From: a virus
Lineage: Duplodnaviria > Caudoviricetes
Direction: 5' to 3' (one strand)
Length of the DNA: 64,000 bases
IMG/VR virus record: IMGVR_UViG_3300014205_000173
The notes beneath the pieces were generated by a model that worked only from the letters and a program-made list of their open reading frames with translations, did no database searches and had not been told where the DNA came from. The position numbers and the translations under genes are program-made. Every line of letters starts with the position of its first letter. Within the stretch, counting starts at the first letter, position 1. This document shows positions 32,161 to 42,240 of this stretch, one piece after another.

Positions 32161-32787
32161 TTATATCTTATCAAAAAAGTTATTTGCTATTGGAATATCT
32201 ATTTTTTTAGACTCTCCAATATTCAAGCAAATAAATCTACATCCATTCATCTCACAATCTATTGATTGATGATGGTGTCCAAAAATCCAAAGTTTTGGTT
32301 TGAAACGATTAAAAATTACCTCTAAAGCTTTGTTGCTTGAGGCAAAGTTTTCATATACTTTATAAACTATTTCTTTTAATAAGAAATATGGACAATCATG
32401 GGCTACTACAACTTCAATTTTCTTTTTAATATTTAAAATATTTTCAACTTGTTTTTGTGTTATTTCTTCTTCAGGAAACCAATCTCTACCTGCCAACCTA
32501 AGTCTTTTATCAATAGAACCAGCCCCTCCAATAAACAAAACATTACCTGAAACATATCCACGAGGAATGTAGGTTAAATTTTTAACTATTTCATATGGTT
32601 CTTTTGCGTCTGGATTTAATGCCGGGAAGCATTCATGATTTCCATCAATAAAAAAATGATTGCCACTATTAAATGTCCACTTAGAATAGTCTACTAAACA
32701 CAAATCTCCAATTTGAATTGTGTTTTTTGTAAATCTTTTTTTAAAACATAAATCACAATGAACATCACCAAGAAATCTAACTTTCAT
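32161..32787 (-). CDS. calcineurin-like metallophosphoesterase
   Basis: GDVH, GD, GNHE, HDCP, GHHH. Confidence 0.9.
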   Translation of the reverse strand: MKVRFLGDVHCDLCFKKRFTKNTIQIGDLCLVDYSKWTFNSGNHFFIDGNHECFPALNPDAKEPYEIVKNLTYIPRGYVSGNVLFIGGAGSIDKRLRLAGRDWFPEEEITQKQVENILNIKKKIEVVVAHDCPYFLLKEIVYKVYENFASSNKALEVIFNRFKPKLWIFGHHHQSIDCEMNGCRFICLNIGESKKIDIPIANNFFDKI

Positions 32788-32807
32788 ATATTTTCCTATT
32801 AATATTT

Positions 32808-33406
32808 TTATTCTATATCTTCACATGTTTCAATGCTTCTGAATCCAGAAAATCTTTCAACCCTAATATCAAGATCCGCATAGAATATTTCATTCTTTAT
32901 ATTTGTACAAAGCAAATATTCTTTTTTATAAAATTGAATTGGTTCTTGCTTACTTTCTAAAATAAATTTCCAAATTAAAGTCTTTATATATTTTGGACGA
33001 TATTTTAAACTAAAAATATTTGAAAGACAATTTTCAGAAAAAGAAAATGCAAGAGACTCATTAAGTGTTGAAAAAACAAACCTCTTTTTTATCTCTTTAT
33101 TATAATGAATCTCTTCTTCTACTACATAACAAAACTCATTCATTTTTTTATTTTTCCAGAGGAAAATAAATATGCAATAATTATTATCAATAACGAAATT
33201 AACGGCCAAAAAACCAACATAAAAGATAGGTTTAAAATAGAATAAAATATATTTCCATTTCTTTCCCTATCAAAACCATTTTTAGATAAATTGTTAACCC
33301 CAACACAATCAATTAGTGTTGAAATAGAAACTAACAAAAATGCCAGTCCAGTAAAGAACCAACAGCTCCAAAAAACTATTATGAAGTTTAAAAATTCCTG
33401 ATTCAT
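32808..33406 (-). CDS. two hypothetical proteins (32808-33209; 33140-33406 membrane)
   Basis: Tiled ORFs. Confidence 0.6.
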
Positions 33407-33411
33407 TATGC

Positions 33412-34626
33412 TCAGATTTCTAGAAAGTCAAAAATATTACCTTCATTGACATTCTTTAAATTTTCTTCTTTACACTTTTCATTATCTAAAACATTTAGGT
33501 CTTTAATTAAATAACTATATTTTTTAGGAACATTTCTTCCCTTACCTACCCATAAATTCAATGCGATTCTGGTTAAAAAAGAATCTATTATTTCATTAAC
33601 TACCCTTTCAAGCCCAATTTCAAACTCTCCCGGATAAGTTTGAAAGGTTTGAATACGAAAAAGATAATCATTATAATTAGATACATATGCATCATATATT
33701 ATATTTAATGTTATAGTCGGAATATATGATTCTGTTTTATAGTAACCATTCTTAAAATAATAGAAACTTTTTCCTAATGATTTTATTAAATTATCTAAAC
33801 ATCGAAATATACTTGCGTCAAAAACAATATCAGCATCACGATAAATTTCTTTTTTATTTAAAATAAAAAGTTTTTCAAATGCGCCTTCTATTTCTAATAA
33901 TTTTTGATAGTCTGTATTCTGATTTAAAAATATTGATTGAAAATCATTATATGCATTTGAAAAAATAATTTTTTGATCAGGATCATATATTTTTTCTTTA
34001 AGAGTCATATTTAACTTCCTAAAACTTTAAATTTCTAAAAAGTCAAAATCATTAACATCATCATCTTTTTTCTGTACTTTATCAATATTTTTGTCTAACA
34101 TTTCTATATTGTTATCAATTAAATGGAGATATTCCGAGGGAACACTTCTTCCTGCTTTAACCCACAAATTCAAAGCAACTTTTAATAAAAAAAAGTCTTT
34201 TTTATTATGGAACACTTCTTCATCGGCAAAATTTATTTCAGGATAAAGATCCCTTGAGGTAAAAAAAACACCTTTAACATAATCATAAGCGGAATATAAA
34301 TTATAAATGGTAACAACTGGATTGTCATAATCGCTATCATAATATCCATTATCTAAACAATTCCATAACCATTCTTTAAGACCATCCAATGATGGAAATG
34401 AATGCACATTAACCATATCATGAACAACTTCACTGTCCTCATAAATTTGATTTTGATTTAAAATAAAAAGGTTTTCAAAAACCTCTATAGCCCTAATTTC
34501 CTTTTTATAAATATCTGAAGTTGTTTCTTCAAAAAAAACTTTTTCAAACTCATTATAGGCATTTGAAAAAATGTTTCTTTGAACTATATCAAGCCCCAAC
34601 TCATCTAAAGCCGATTGACTAATCAT
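33412..34626 (-). CDS. tandem paralog pair (33412-34008, 34027-34626)
   Basis: Shared IFSNAYN, FE.LFILN, ALNLWV..GR.VP and terminal FDFLEI. Confidence 0.8.
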
Positions 34627-34673
34627 TTATTATTCCAATCATAATACTCAATTAAAATCCAATCTTAGTAACA

Positions 34674-35222
34674 TTAATATTTTACAGAATAGCCATCAGA
34701 GCATTCTTTTTTAATTAATTTATTAGTTTCATTATACTCACATTTTTCCCAATAACCAGTAGAATCTTCAAATTTAATTCTATTTTTGTTTTCATCATAT
34801 TCGTATTTTGACCAACAACCATCAGAATCTTCTCTTTTAATTAAATTACTTTCTTCATCATATTCATACTTTTCCCAATAACCATCAACCATTAAATATT
34901 CACTAAGCTTACCGTTACTATTAAACTCATATTTTTTACCGTTTTTTTCTAATTTTAAATTAGAAAGATTAACCTCTTCTAATATTTTTAGTTTGTTAGC
35001 TATTGACTTATCATCATTAGTTATAGTATCTTCCAAAGATTCTACTTTAAAGACTTTAAGATTCTTATTTGGAGGATAATAATTAAATATATCAAATAAA
35101 TCTTGACAAAAATGAAACCCATTTACACACATTACTAATTCACCATTTAAAGTATATGTTTGACCAACCTCATAAAACTGACCTAAACACCAACCATTAT
35201 ATGTAGCCTTATAACCTATCAT
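34674..35222 (-). CDS. MIGYKAT-family paralog
   Basis: Same domain and repeats. Confidence 0.88.
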   Translation of the reverse strand: MIGYKATYNGWCLGQFYEVGQTYTLNGELVMCVNGFHFCQDLFDIFNYYPPNKNLKVFKVESLEDTITNDDKSIANKLKILEEVNLSNLKLEKNGKKYEFNSNGKLSEYLMVDGYWEKYEYDEESNLIKREDSDGCWSKYEYDENKNRIKFEDSTGYWEKCEYNETNKLIKKECSDGYSVKY

Positions 35223-35247
35223 TATAAATTCCTTATTAAATAAAAAA

Positions 35248-35324
35248 TGGTGGAACAGACCAGAGTTGAACTGGCATTTAAATGAGTGAAGGTCATTTTT
35301 CCTAAACCATTAGAAGACTGTTCC
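35248..35324 (-). tRNA. tRNA-Glu(TTC), C33 variant
   Basis: Stem AATGA/TCATT, loop CC-TTC-AC; CCA. Confidence 0.8.
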
Positions 35325-35358
35325 ACAAAATAAAAACTAAAAAAAATAAGGATTAAAG

Positions 35359-35790
35359 TCAACTATATTCGGCCAATTTCTTAAAAACTCTAGAAACAGT
35401 TTGATGAGTTATCAAAATTGCTCTTTCTAAAGGAACCCAAGCAAAATCATCATGCTCCGGTTTTCCCCTAAATGGACCATCTTCAATATAGGAGATACAT
35501 TGAAGTTGTTCTTTTACCAAATCAATATTTGACTCCAATAAAAATGCTATTAATTCCTTATGTTTCCCATAATACTTAAACTTACCTAAAATAGAAAGAT
35601 CGCCCTCAACCTCCAATAAATTAAGTCCTGTCTCTTCTTTCATTTCACGAAAAGCTGTTTCTAATTCAGATTCACCTTCTATCATATTCCCTTTAGGAAT
35701 ATCCCAACAGGTGTTTTTTGGAGCACCTGTTGGGTGACATAATAAATATAAATTAGAATATTCAACAACTAATCCACAGCTAGTTTGCAT
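35359..35790 (-). CDS. NUDIX hydrolase
   Basis: PKG....GES....AFREMKEETGL Nudix box. Confidence 0.93.
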   Translation of the reverse strand: MQTSCGLVVEYSNLYLLCHPTGAPKNTCWDIPKGNMIEGESELETAFREMKEETGLNLLEVEGDLSILGKFKYYGKHKELIAFLLESNIDLVKEQLQCISYIEDGPFRGKPEHDDFAWVPLERAILITHQTVSRVFKKLAEYS

Positions 35791-35870
35791 AAAAACATTT
35801 CTCCAAGTATCAATAAGATACTATATTATTGGCCAATAAATTCTTAAAACACATTAAGTGTTTCTTAAAT

Positions 35871-36563
35871 TTATTGAACAATCAAATACTTTGGAGGAAT
35901 ACTACCTTTAACACACCACTGAGATCCATATCCGAAATCTCTTTGTTCAACATTAATTTTGTCATATTCAAGCTCTTCCTTATCAACACTAATAACTACA
36001 ATATCGGGATCACCATGTCTTTGAGCAACATTAATTGCTTCTGCCTGATCATCAAATAAATAAACATACTTTCTCTTACCCGATTGAAGTCCATTAGCCA
36101 AAATTGAAGCTACATTCACTCTTGCAGTTGCATGATAAAGCTTTTTGTTTGGCAAATTCAACATACTATTTACTTGCTGTACATTTAAAACAACTGGATC
36201 AGAATCATCATCATAATTATCATAAGTATCAATGCTACTTATACCATTATCTTCATCGTCAGTAATATTTAATAATTCCGTACAAAGAGCTTCATGAATA
36301 CCAACTTCTTTTCTAAGCAAATCTATTTTTTTATCAATTGCTAAATAAATAGTCTCATAAAGTTTTTGCCTAATTTCATCACTTGAAACATTATCCCAAA
36401 TAAAAGCTGGAGATTGTTGGTTATCAAAAATCAACTTCAAAATTAAAACATTATCAACAGAATTATTAAAGGTATCAAAACACGAAGAAATAACAAGGTT
36501 TCGATACTTCTTAAACATCTCTACAAACTTCTTTCTTTTCTTTTGTGACTGATCAAATTTCAT
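35871..36563 (-). CDS. Tpt1/KptA-like ADP-ribosyltransferase domain protein
   Basis: C-terminal LYHAT..I..NGL..GKRKYVYL..A..RHG..W..IPPKYL; the N-terminus does not resemble the Tpt1 RNA lobe. Confidence 0.72.
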   Translation of the reverse strand: MKFDQSQKKRKKFVEMFKKYRNLVISSCFDTFNNSVDNVLILKLIFDNQQSPAFIWDNVSSDEIRQKLYETIYLAIDKKIDLLRKEVGIHEALCTELLNITDDEDNGISSIDTYDNYDDDSDPVVLNVQQVNSMLNLPNKKLYHATARVNVASILANGLQSGKRKYVYLFDDQAEAINVAQRHGDPDIVVISVDKEELEYDKINVEQRDFGYGSQWCVKGSIPPKYLIVQ

Positions 36564-37134
36564 TTTGATCTCCTTTATTTTTTAGGGTTTCTTTTTCTAA
36601 TTCTTTTTTTAGTTTATCTAATGAGAATGGAGTACACTTTGTTTTTAAGAATGTTTCCATTTCAGACAAAGTAATTTCAGTAAACTCTGCATCTTTTGGA
36701 AATTCCGGATTTTCTCCAACGTAACCAACCACACCACATACAGCTTCATTATTTCCAAAAAATGAATGACTATAACAATAGTTACCATCAAAACACAATC
36801 CCAAACCCAACCTTTCTTCAACATTATCTTCAGAAGGTATTCCTAAACTTTCTAATTCTTTTGAAATACTTTTACCTTCCTTAGTCTTTTTGTTTGGAAC
36901 AAACATTTCACTATTTCTTTTATCTTTTTTCCAAAACTTAGAAAACTCATCAGAAATTTTTGGTAAACCTCCAATTGAAATTTTTCCTAACAACTCTTTT
37001 TCATACCAACTTTCAGAGCCATAAGTCTTAGCAAATAAATACACCTTTTTGTAAGCTTCTTTCTTTAATTCAACATCTCTCTGATAAGCTTCAAGTGTCT
37101 TTGAATCTTCAAATCTAAAATATTTAACTTTCAT
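36553..37134 (-). CDS. hypothetical protein
   Basis: 193-aa ORF. Confidence 0.7.
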   Translation of the reverse strand: MKVKYFRFEDSKTLEAYQRDVELKKEAYKKVYLFAKTYGSESWYEKELLGKISIGGLPKISDEFSKFWKKDKRNSEMFVPNKKTKEGKSISKELESLGIPSEDNVEERLGLGLCFDGNYCYSHSFFGNNEAVCGVVGYVGENPEFPKDAEFTEITLSEMETFLKTKCTPFSLDKLKKELEKETLKNKGDQNEI

Positions 37135-37145
37135 ATAATTTATCC

Positions 37146-38234
37146 TTATGAAATTTTAGCTTTCTCACTAACAACCTTACTAAAATACGTAGAACCAATA
37201 AGATCTAATAGATTTTTTAAAGAGTTTTTATTTTCATCAAACAAAGCTTTATCAATCATCAATGACAAAGTATCATCTAGATTTGTTGATCCTCCACCAC
37301 TTCCTTCTCTTCCACCAAATTCAGGACCAAAAACAGCTTTCATAAAATCATTTGTATCAATAACATCCCCGGTATTTCTAAAGCTTACAGACAATGCTTT
37401 TTTCTGATTCTCTCCGGGATTTATAATAGATATAATACAACAATGTTTGATTGTTTCAATTCTCAATATTTCATCTGCTATTTCGGCAACAAGACTTCTT
37501 TGTTCTGGCAATATAATGCCAGAATTACAAAACGCAATATCTCCTTCCTTCTTTAATGAACTATAAATATTACTTCTCAAACAAATTGTTGAAACTGGTT
37601 TTGGATAATTTATAATTCTAAGATATTTTTCTGGATCAATTTTTTCCATCAATTCATCACGAATTTCTTTATCGGTTTCTGTTGTTCCCTTTTTTCTAAG
37701 GTTATCGGTATCTGAATCAATACCAATAATAAATGCTGTTGCTAGGGTTCTGTTTATTTCAAGACCATAACTCTTTATAAGTTCATAAACTGTTGTTGAA
37801 CAAGACCCATGATTTTTGTTAAAATAAACACCTTCTTCACAACAACCAGAATGATGGTCAATAACTAAATCTCTTGACCTTCCACTAAAAAAACTACCAA
37901 TTCCAGTCATATTTCCAGTTCCTAAAGGATTTGAAGAATCAACAACAATTATCTTACTTCCTTTAGATTTTTCTTCTATAATTTCTGCTTGTTGGCTATT
38001 TGTTTTAATGGCATCTATTTTTAAAACATTGTAGAGGATTCTATTTTGAATATGAGTTAATTCACCATGCCAAAAAATTTGAGAATTATGACCAAAACTT
38101 TCCAGTAAAAATCTAACCCCCATACCACAAGCAAGGGCATCTGGATCTGGATTATCATGTAAAAGAATCGAAAAAGTCAAAGACTTCTTTTTCTTTTTTA
38201 ACTCATCAAAATATTCTACAATTGTTTTATTCAT
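37146..38234 (-). CDS. DHH-family phosphoesterase
   Basis: HDNPDPDA, VVD, IDHH, SDT, GG.GGG. Confidence 0.92.
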   Translation of the reverse strand: MNKTIVEYFDELKKKKKSLTFSILLHDNPDPDALACGMGVRFLLESFGHNSQIFWHGELTHIQNRILYNVLKIDAIKTNSQQAEIIEEKSKGSKIIVVDSSNPLGTGNMTGIGSFFSGRSRDLVIDHHSGCCEEGVYFNKNHGSCSTTVYELIKSYGLEINRTLATAFIIGIDSDTDNLRKKGTTETDKEIRDELMEKIDPEKYLRIINYPKPVSTICLRSNIYSSLKKEGDIAFCNSGIILPEQRSLVAEIADEILRIETIKHCCIISIINPGENQKKALSVSFRNTGDVIDTNDFMKAVFGPEFGGREGSGGGSTNLDDTLSLMIDKALFDENKNSLKNLLDLIGSTYFSKVVSEKAKIS

Positions 38235-38266
38235 AGTTTGTTTCCAGTATAAAGTTTTTTTCTATT

Positions 38267-38297
38267 TAAAGAATGGTCTGTAAAGAATGGTCTGTAA
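38267..38297. repeat. 14-bp direct repeat TAAAGAATGGTCTG x2
   Basis: Directly visible in the intergenic gap. Confidence 0.85.
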
Positions 38298-38309
38298 TGA
38301 CTATTCTAC

Positions 38310-39237
38310 TTAATTCCAATACTGATTCATATACAATTCTATTGGTCTTCTTTCAAATTCAGGATACTTTTTTAATTCTTCTTTAATTTCTTCTAGAATA
38401 CAATTTAGTTTTACATATGAAAATGAAGTTGGCTTCGTATTATAACTATCAATTTTAATTAAATATGCCCCTAAAACATATCTCTTTGCCTTAGAAAAAA
38501 AATCATCAAGAGAATATATCCCAAACTGACCAGAATCAATACCGTAAACTTCTTCTTCAATTATTGGAAGATATTTTTCATTAACATTAAAATCTTCTTT
38601 TTTTCCAAGACCGCATTCAGGACAATGCTTAAAATTTTTATCATATTCATGATTACATTTTGGTATCATTATATTTTCAATAATTTCAGACCTTTTTAAT
38701 TCAACTCCTAAAAACAATTCAGTACAAACTTTGTCTCCCATTTTATTTTACCTTTTTTAATGAATTCTCTAACTTCTCAATCTTTTTCTTAGCCACTTCC
38801 AATTTCTTTAATCTCTTTTGCTCTTCCCTAATTTCTTTTGCTTCTTCTTCATGCTTAATCTTTAGTTTAGCTTTCTCCATTAAAGAAGGACAAACAGAAT
38901 TGGGATCAATCTTTCTTACAATATAGGCAGTTCCATTTACAAGATTCCTAGCATCACCAATATTTATTTTTTCAGAATTAATATTAGAAATACTACAAGA
39001 ACTAAATCCTCCTACACCACTATTAACAATCATAAAATCTTCTAATTCAACAGGCTTAATTCCATTTGGAAGTTTTTTATAATATCCCAATAAAGACAAT
39101 GTTGTTTCAAGGCTTGATATGTTTTCTCTTAAAAAGTCTTCGGCAGAATCATATGTATTAACATCTAAATTAACATCTTTACCTTCAGGATAATAGGTAT
39201 AGTTCGTATCAACTACAATTATTTTCTTTTCACTCAT
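38310..39237 (-). CDS. two hypothetical proteins (38310-38741 Zn-ribbon, 38743-39237)
   Basis: Tiled ORFs; C.H..CPECG in the first. Confidence 0.65.
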
Positions 39238-39279
39238 TTTAATTGTCCCTATATTAGTTTTATCATGGTAATTTTAAAG

Positions 39280-40512
39280 CTATCCCATTAATTCTACAAG
39301 ATATTTAATGGTTACTTGATCTGGTTTGTATACAATGAATTCGTCATTTCTAAGATCTGCACCCTTAACGCCATATGCAGAATGAAAATCTCCCTTTTTT
39401 CTCAAAACATTCCAATTTAAATCATAACACCAAGAAGAATGCTTATGGATCAAAAGTTGATTTCCAACATGAAAATCAAACAAAGACATAAAACATCTAC
39501 TAGAAGAACCTTTTGCCCAATAAGAACCCTTTGCACTTGTATAACCATATGATTTACGAGAAAGTGATGCCCCATAAATACCATCACCGTACATCGAACC
39601 TGTATATACTGCACTTGAAGGTCTAATCATAAGACCACTATCAATAATAGACCACCAATTTTCATTTCTAGAACCATGCCAAAACAATTCAGTCTTTTTG
39701 TTTGAGACTGTTGAAACAAAGTTATTAAACTTCTCTTGAGTTCTATTGTTTACAATTTTCCATGCTGACGTAAATTTATCTTTAATTTCACCAAGTTTGC
39801 TTTTAATAACCTTAACGTCATCATCATCTGCAAGAGAAAATTTAATTCCCATTGCATCAAGAATATTTAGATCAGAAGAATCGTCTTGATTTTTTTGAAC
39901 ATTAGAAACGTTAACTTGTCCTCTCATAATATCCAATGACGATTGTTCTTCAACTAATAGCTTGTTCGTAAAATCAAATTTATCTGGACTATTAAAAGTC
40001 CCAAATTGCAAAACTGCCTCTCTTGTATTTGCAATTCTACGAGGAACTGTTGTCCAAAGTTTAATAAGACAATCGTTAAATCTACTTGTTGAAGAATCAT
40101 TTTTAACTAAAGACGAAAGCTCATTTAAAATTAATTGAGCCGTATCAATTTGTTTTTGTGTAACCTGATCTGTTGTTACTGTATAGTTTGCAGCTACAGA
40201 CTTATTTGCGAATGACTGCAAATCACGTACAATTAAAGCAATACTAGAGTCTTTAATCCCAATAAAATCCCTTTTATTGCTAGCAACAACAAATAATTCT
40301 GTTTGATCTTTATATCCCTTTTTTAACTTCTCTCTATACTTACTTTCCCATTCATTCATTGAATATATTTTTTTACTTGAAGTAACTCCTACTCTTCCCC
40401 ATGTAGCTTCCCACTCACTACTATTAAGTTGTTGCATATCATAATATTTATTATTATTATCTAAGGTTACACAAACTAGTTTTTTTGTTTTATATCCAGA
40501 TTTAACGTCCAT
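39280..40512 (-). CDS. WGR-domain PARP-like ADP-ribosyltransferase
   Basis: NKYY..WGRVG..KKGY WGR domain; WHGSR, MYGDGIYGA, KS.GY, NDEFIVY (H-Y-E triad). Confidence 0.92.
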   Translation of the reverse strand: MDVKSGYKTKKLVCVTLDNNNKYYDMQQLNSSEWEATWGRVGVTSSKKIYSMNEWESKYREKLKKGYKDQTELFVVASNKRDFIGIKDSSIALIVRDLQSFANKSVAANYTVTTDQVTQKQIDTAQLILNELSSLVKNDSSTSRFNDCLIKLWTTVPRRIANTREAVLQFGTFNSPDKFDFTNKLLVEEQSSLDIMRGQVNVSNVQKNQDDSSDLNILDAMGIKFSLADDDDVKVIKSKLGEIKDKFTSAWKIVNNRTQEKFNNFVSTVSNKKTELFWHGSRNENWWSIIDSGLMIRPSSAVYTGSMYGDGIYGASLSRKSYGYTSAKGSYWAKGSSSRCFMSLFDFHVGNQLLIHKHSSWCYDLNWNVLRKKGDFHSAYGVKGADLRNDEFIVYKPDQVTIKYLVELMG

Positions 40513-40547
40513 AAAAATCTCCTAGATGCTTAGATCAACCTAGATAT

Positions 40548-40589
40548 AGGTTATCACAACCAGCCCTTATGTCAATGGTAGCTGGCCAA
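40548..40589 (-). promoter_or_regulatory. sigma70-like promoter with GGCC box (PARP)
   Basis: TTGACA-16-(TGa)TAACCT; GGCC at 40584-40587. Confidence 0.65.
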
Positions 40590-41424
40590 AAATCTCAATT
40601 CCAAATTTCTTTTCTAATTTTTTATCTAACTCAATTAAATAGTCTCCCCCGAATTCTCCATTTTCAAAACAAAAAAGATCTTGACTAAATGGTGCTCCAT
40701 ACTGATTTTTTGAAACGGAAGCACAACCCATTGCTACTGCTGCTACAGAATCAGTATCTCCTGTTAATGCAACAGAATTAATAAGTATGTCTTGAAATGA
40801 ATCACTTTTTTCTAAAACCATTAAAGCTGCCCTAACAACGTGTTCTGCTTTATTTAAAACTTTACCATCCCACCGAACACCCCAATTAATTCCCGGTACT
40901 TTTTCTAAAAGCAAATCTTTAATATCTAACGGGTCTAAGTTGTCATATATAAATCCATGAGAAATCAAAGCAACTGCTTTTGTTGATAAAATTGCAATTT
41001 CTGGAGTATGAGTAATTTTTGCTTGAATTTCTGTTTTTTCTAAAAGTTCATCAATATTTTTTATTAGTCCTAATGGAACTGCCCTCATTACACATCCGCA
41101 ACTATCTCTAGATGGATCAATTTTTTTAAGAAAATCTTCACCATTAGAAACTTCTGTAAATAACTGAAAAAGCCTTTTAGAATATCCAAATCTAGGATCT
41201 CTCTTAAATGTATTAACAAACCTTTCTGACAAACTTTCTGGAGTCCACAAATCATCCTCAAGAAGAGCTTCTGCTATTGCTAAAGACATTTGTGTATCAT
41301 CTGTATAGATACCAACCTCATTAGGATAGTATGATTTTCCACTATTATATTTTTTTATATATTTTTCTTCTGCGAATTCAAATTCACTACCATAAGCATC
41401 ACCAATTGCAATTTCAAGTAACAT
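40567..41424 (-). CDS. ADP-ribosylglycohydrolase (DraG/ARH family)
   Basis: AIGDAYG..E, YTDDTQM, G..MRA.P, TH, GDTDS. Confidence 0.94.
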   Translation of the reverse strand: MLLEIAIGDAYGSEFEFAEEKYIKKYNSGKSYYPNEVGIYTDDTQMSLAIAEALLEDDLWTPESLSERFVNTFKRDPRFGYSKRLFQLFTEVSNGEDFLKKIDPSRDSCGCVMRAVPLGLIKNIDELLEKTEIQAKITHTPEIAILSTKAVALISHGFIYDNLDPLDIKDLLLEKVPGINWGVRWDGKVLNKAEHVVRAALMVLEKSDSFQDILINSVALTGDTDSVAAVAMGCASVSKNQYGAPFSQDLFCFENGEFGGDYLIELDKKLEKKFGIEIFGQLPLT

Positions 41425-41433
41425 TAGTATATC

Positions 41434-42164
41434 CTAGCTTCTGGGTACTAAAATTAATGCAGATACATCTGTTTTCTTATCATAAACAGATTCTTCTGTA
41501 AATCCATCTTCAATATCTTGCTTTTCCAGACTTTCCAATCCAACTTCTCCAGAATAATCATTATAGGCTCTATATGCTCCAATATTACATTGAGATAATG
41601 GAGAATACCCATTTCCTTCTCCGTCTTTTTGAATTATAATTTCTCTATTTTGATCTACATTTTTCAATAACTTAATGAGGTCTTTTACTTTCATTTTTAA
41701 TACACCTTTATTTGTATTTAGTCTTCTAATATCGTTACAACAAACCCACCCTTCATTCTAGCAAAAAACTCTTTTTTTGGTTTAAAGTCTTTTCTAATTA
41801 AGGACTCTACCCTTTCTACTGCAAACGGAAACTTCCCTGTATTTCCAGTTGTTTCTATAACTTTTTTTGTTTTTTCAGTAATAATCAAATTCTTTACCAT
41901 ATCTATGTCATATCCTAAACATCTTTCAAAAAACCTAACAATTGCATGATCCATTACATCAGATCCTTCTTTAGAAAGAGTTTTAATTTCTTTTTCAACA
42001 ATTTTTTCCTCTTCAAGTAAATTTTTCATTTCGCTTTCCACCCTTTCTTTTTCTTGAAATAAAATTTGTTTCTTAAGTCCAATCTCTTTTCTTTTTCTTT
42101 TTAGTTCTTTCAATTCTTCATATGCTGTTTTTTGCCTTACCTTAAAGTTTTTTTTACATGTCAT
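41434..42164 (-). CDS. two hypothetical proteins (41434-41694, 41718-42164)
   Basis: Tiled ORFs; the second has a coiled coil and DHAIVRF.ER. Confidence 0.65.
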
Positions 42165-42193
42165 ATGGTTATCCTTCCACAGAACTTATAGGA

Positions 42194-42235
42194 AGAATAC
42201 CTGCTATGTCCATAACTGTCAAGTGTTTGGGCCAA
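42194..42235 (-). promoter_or_regulatory. sigma70-like promoter with GGCC box
   Basis: TTGACA-17-TATTCT; GGCC at 42230-42233. Confidence 0.7.
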
Positions 42236-42240
42236 AAAGG

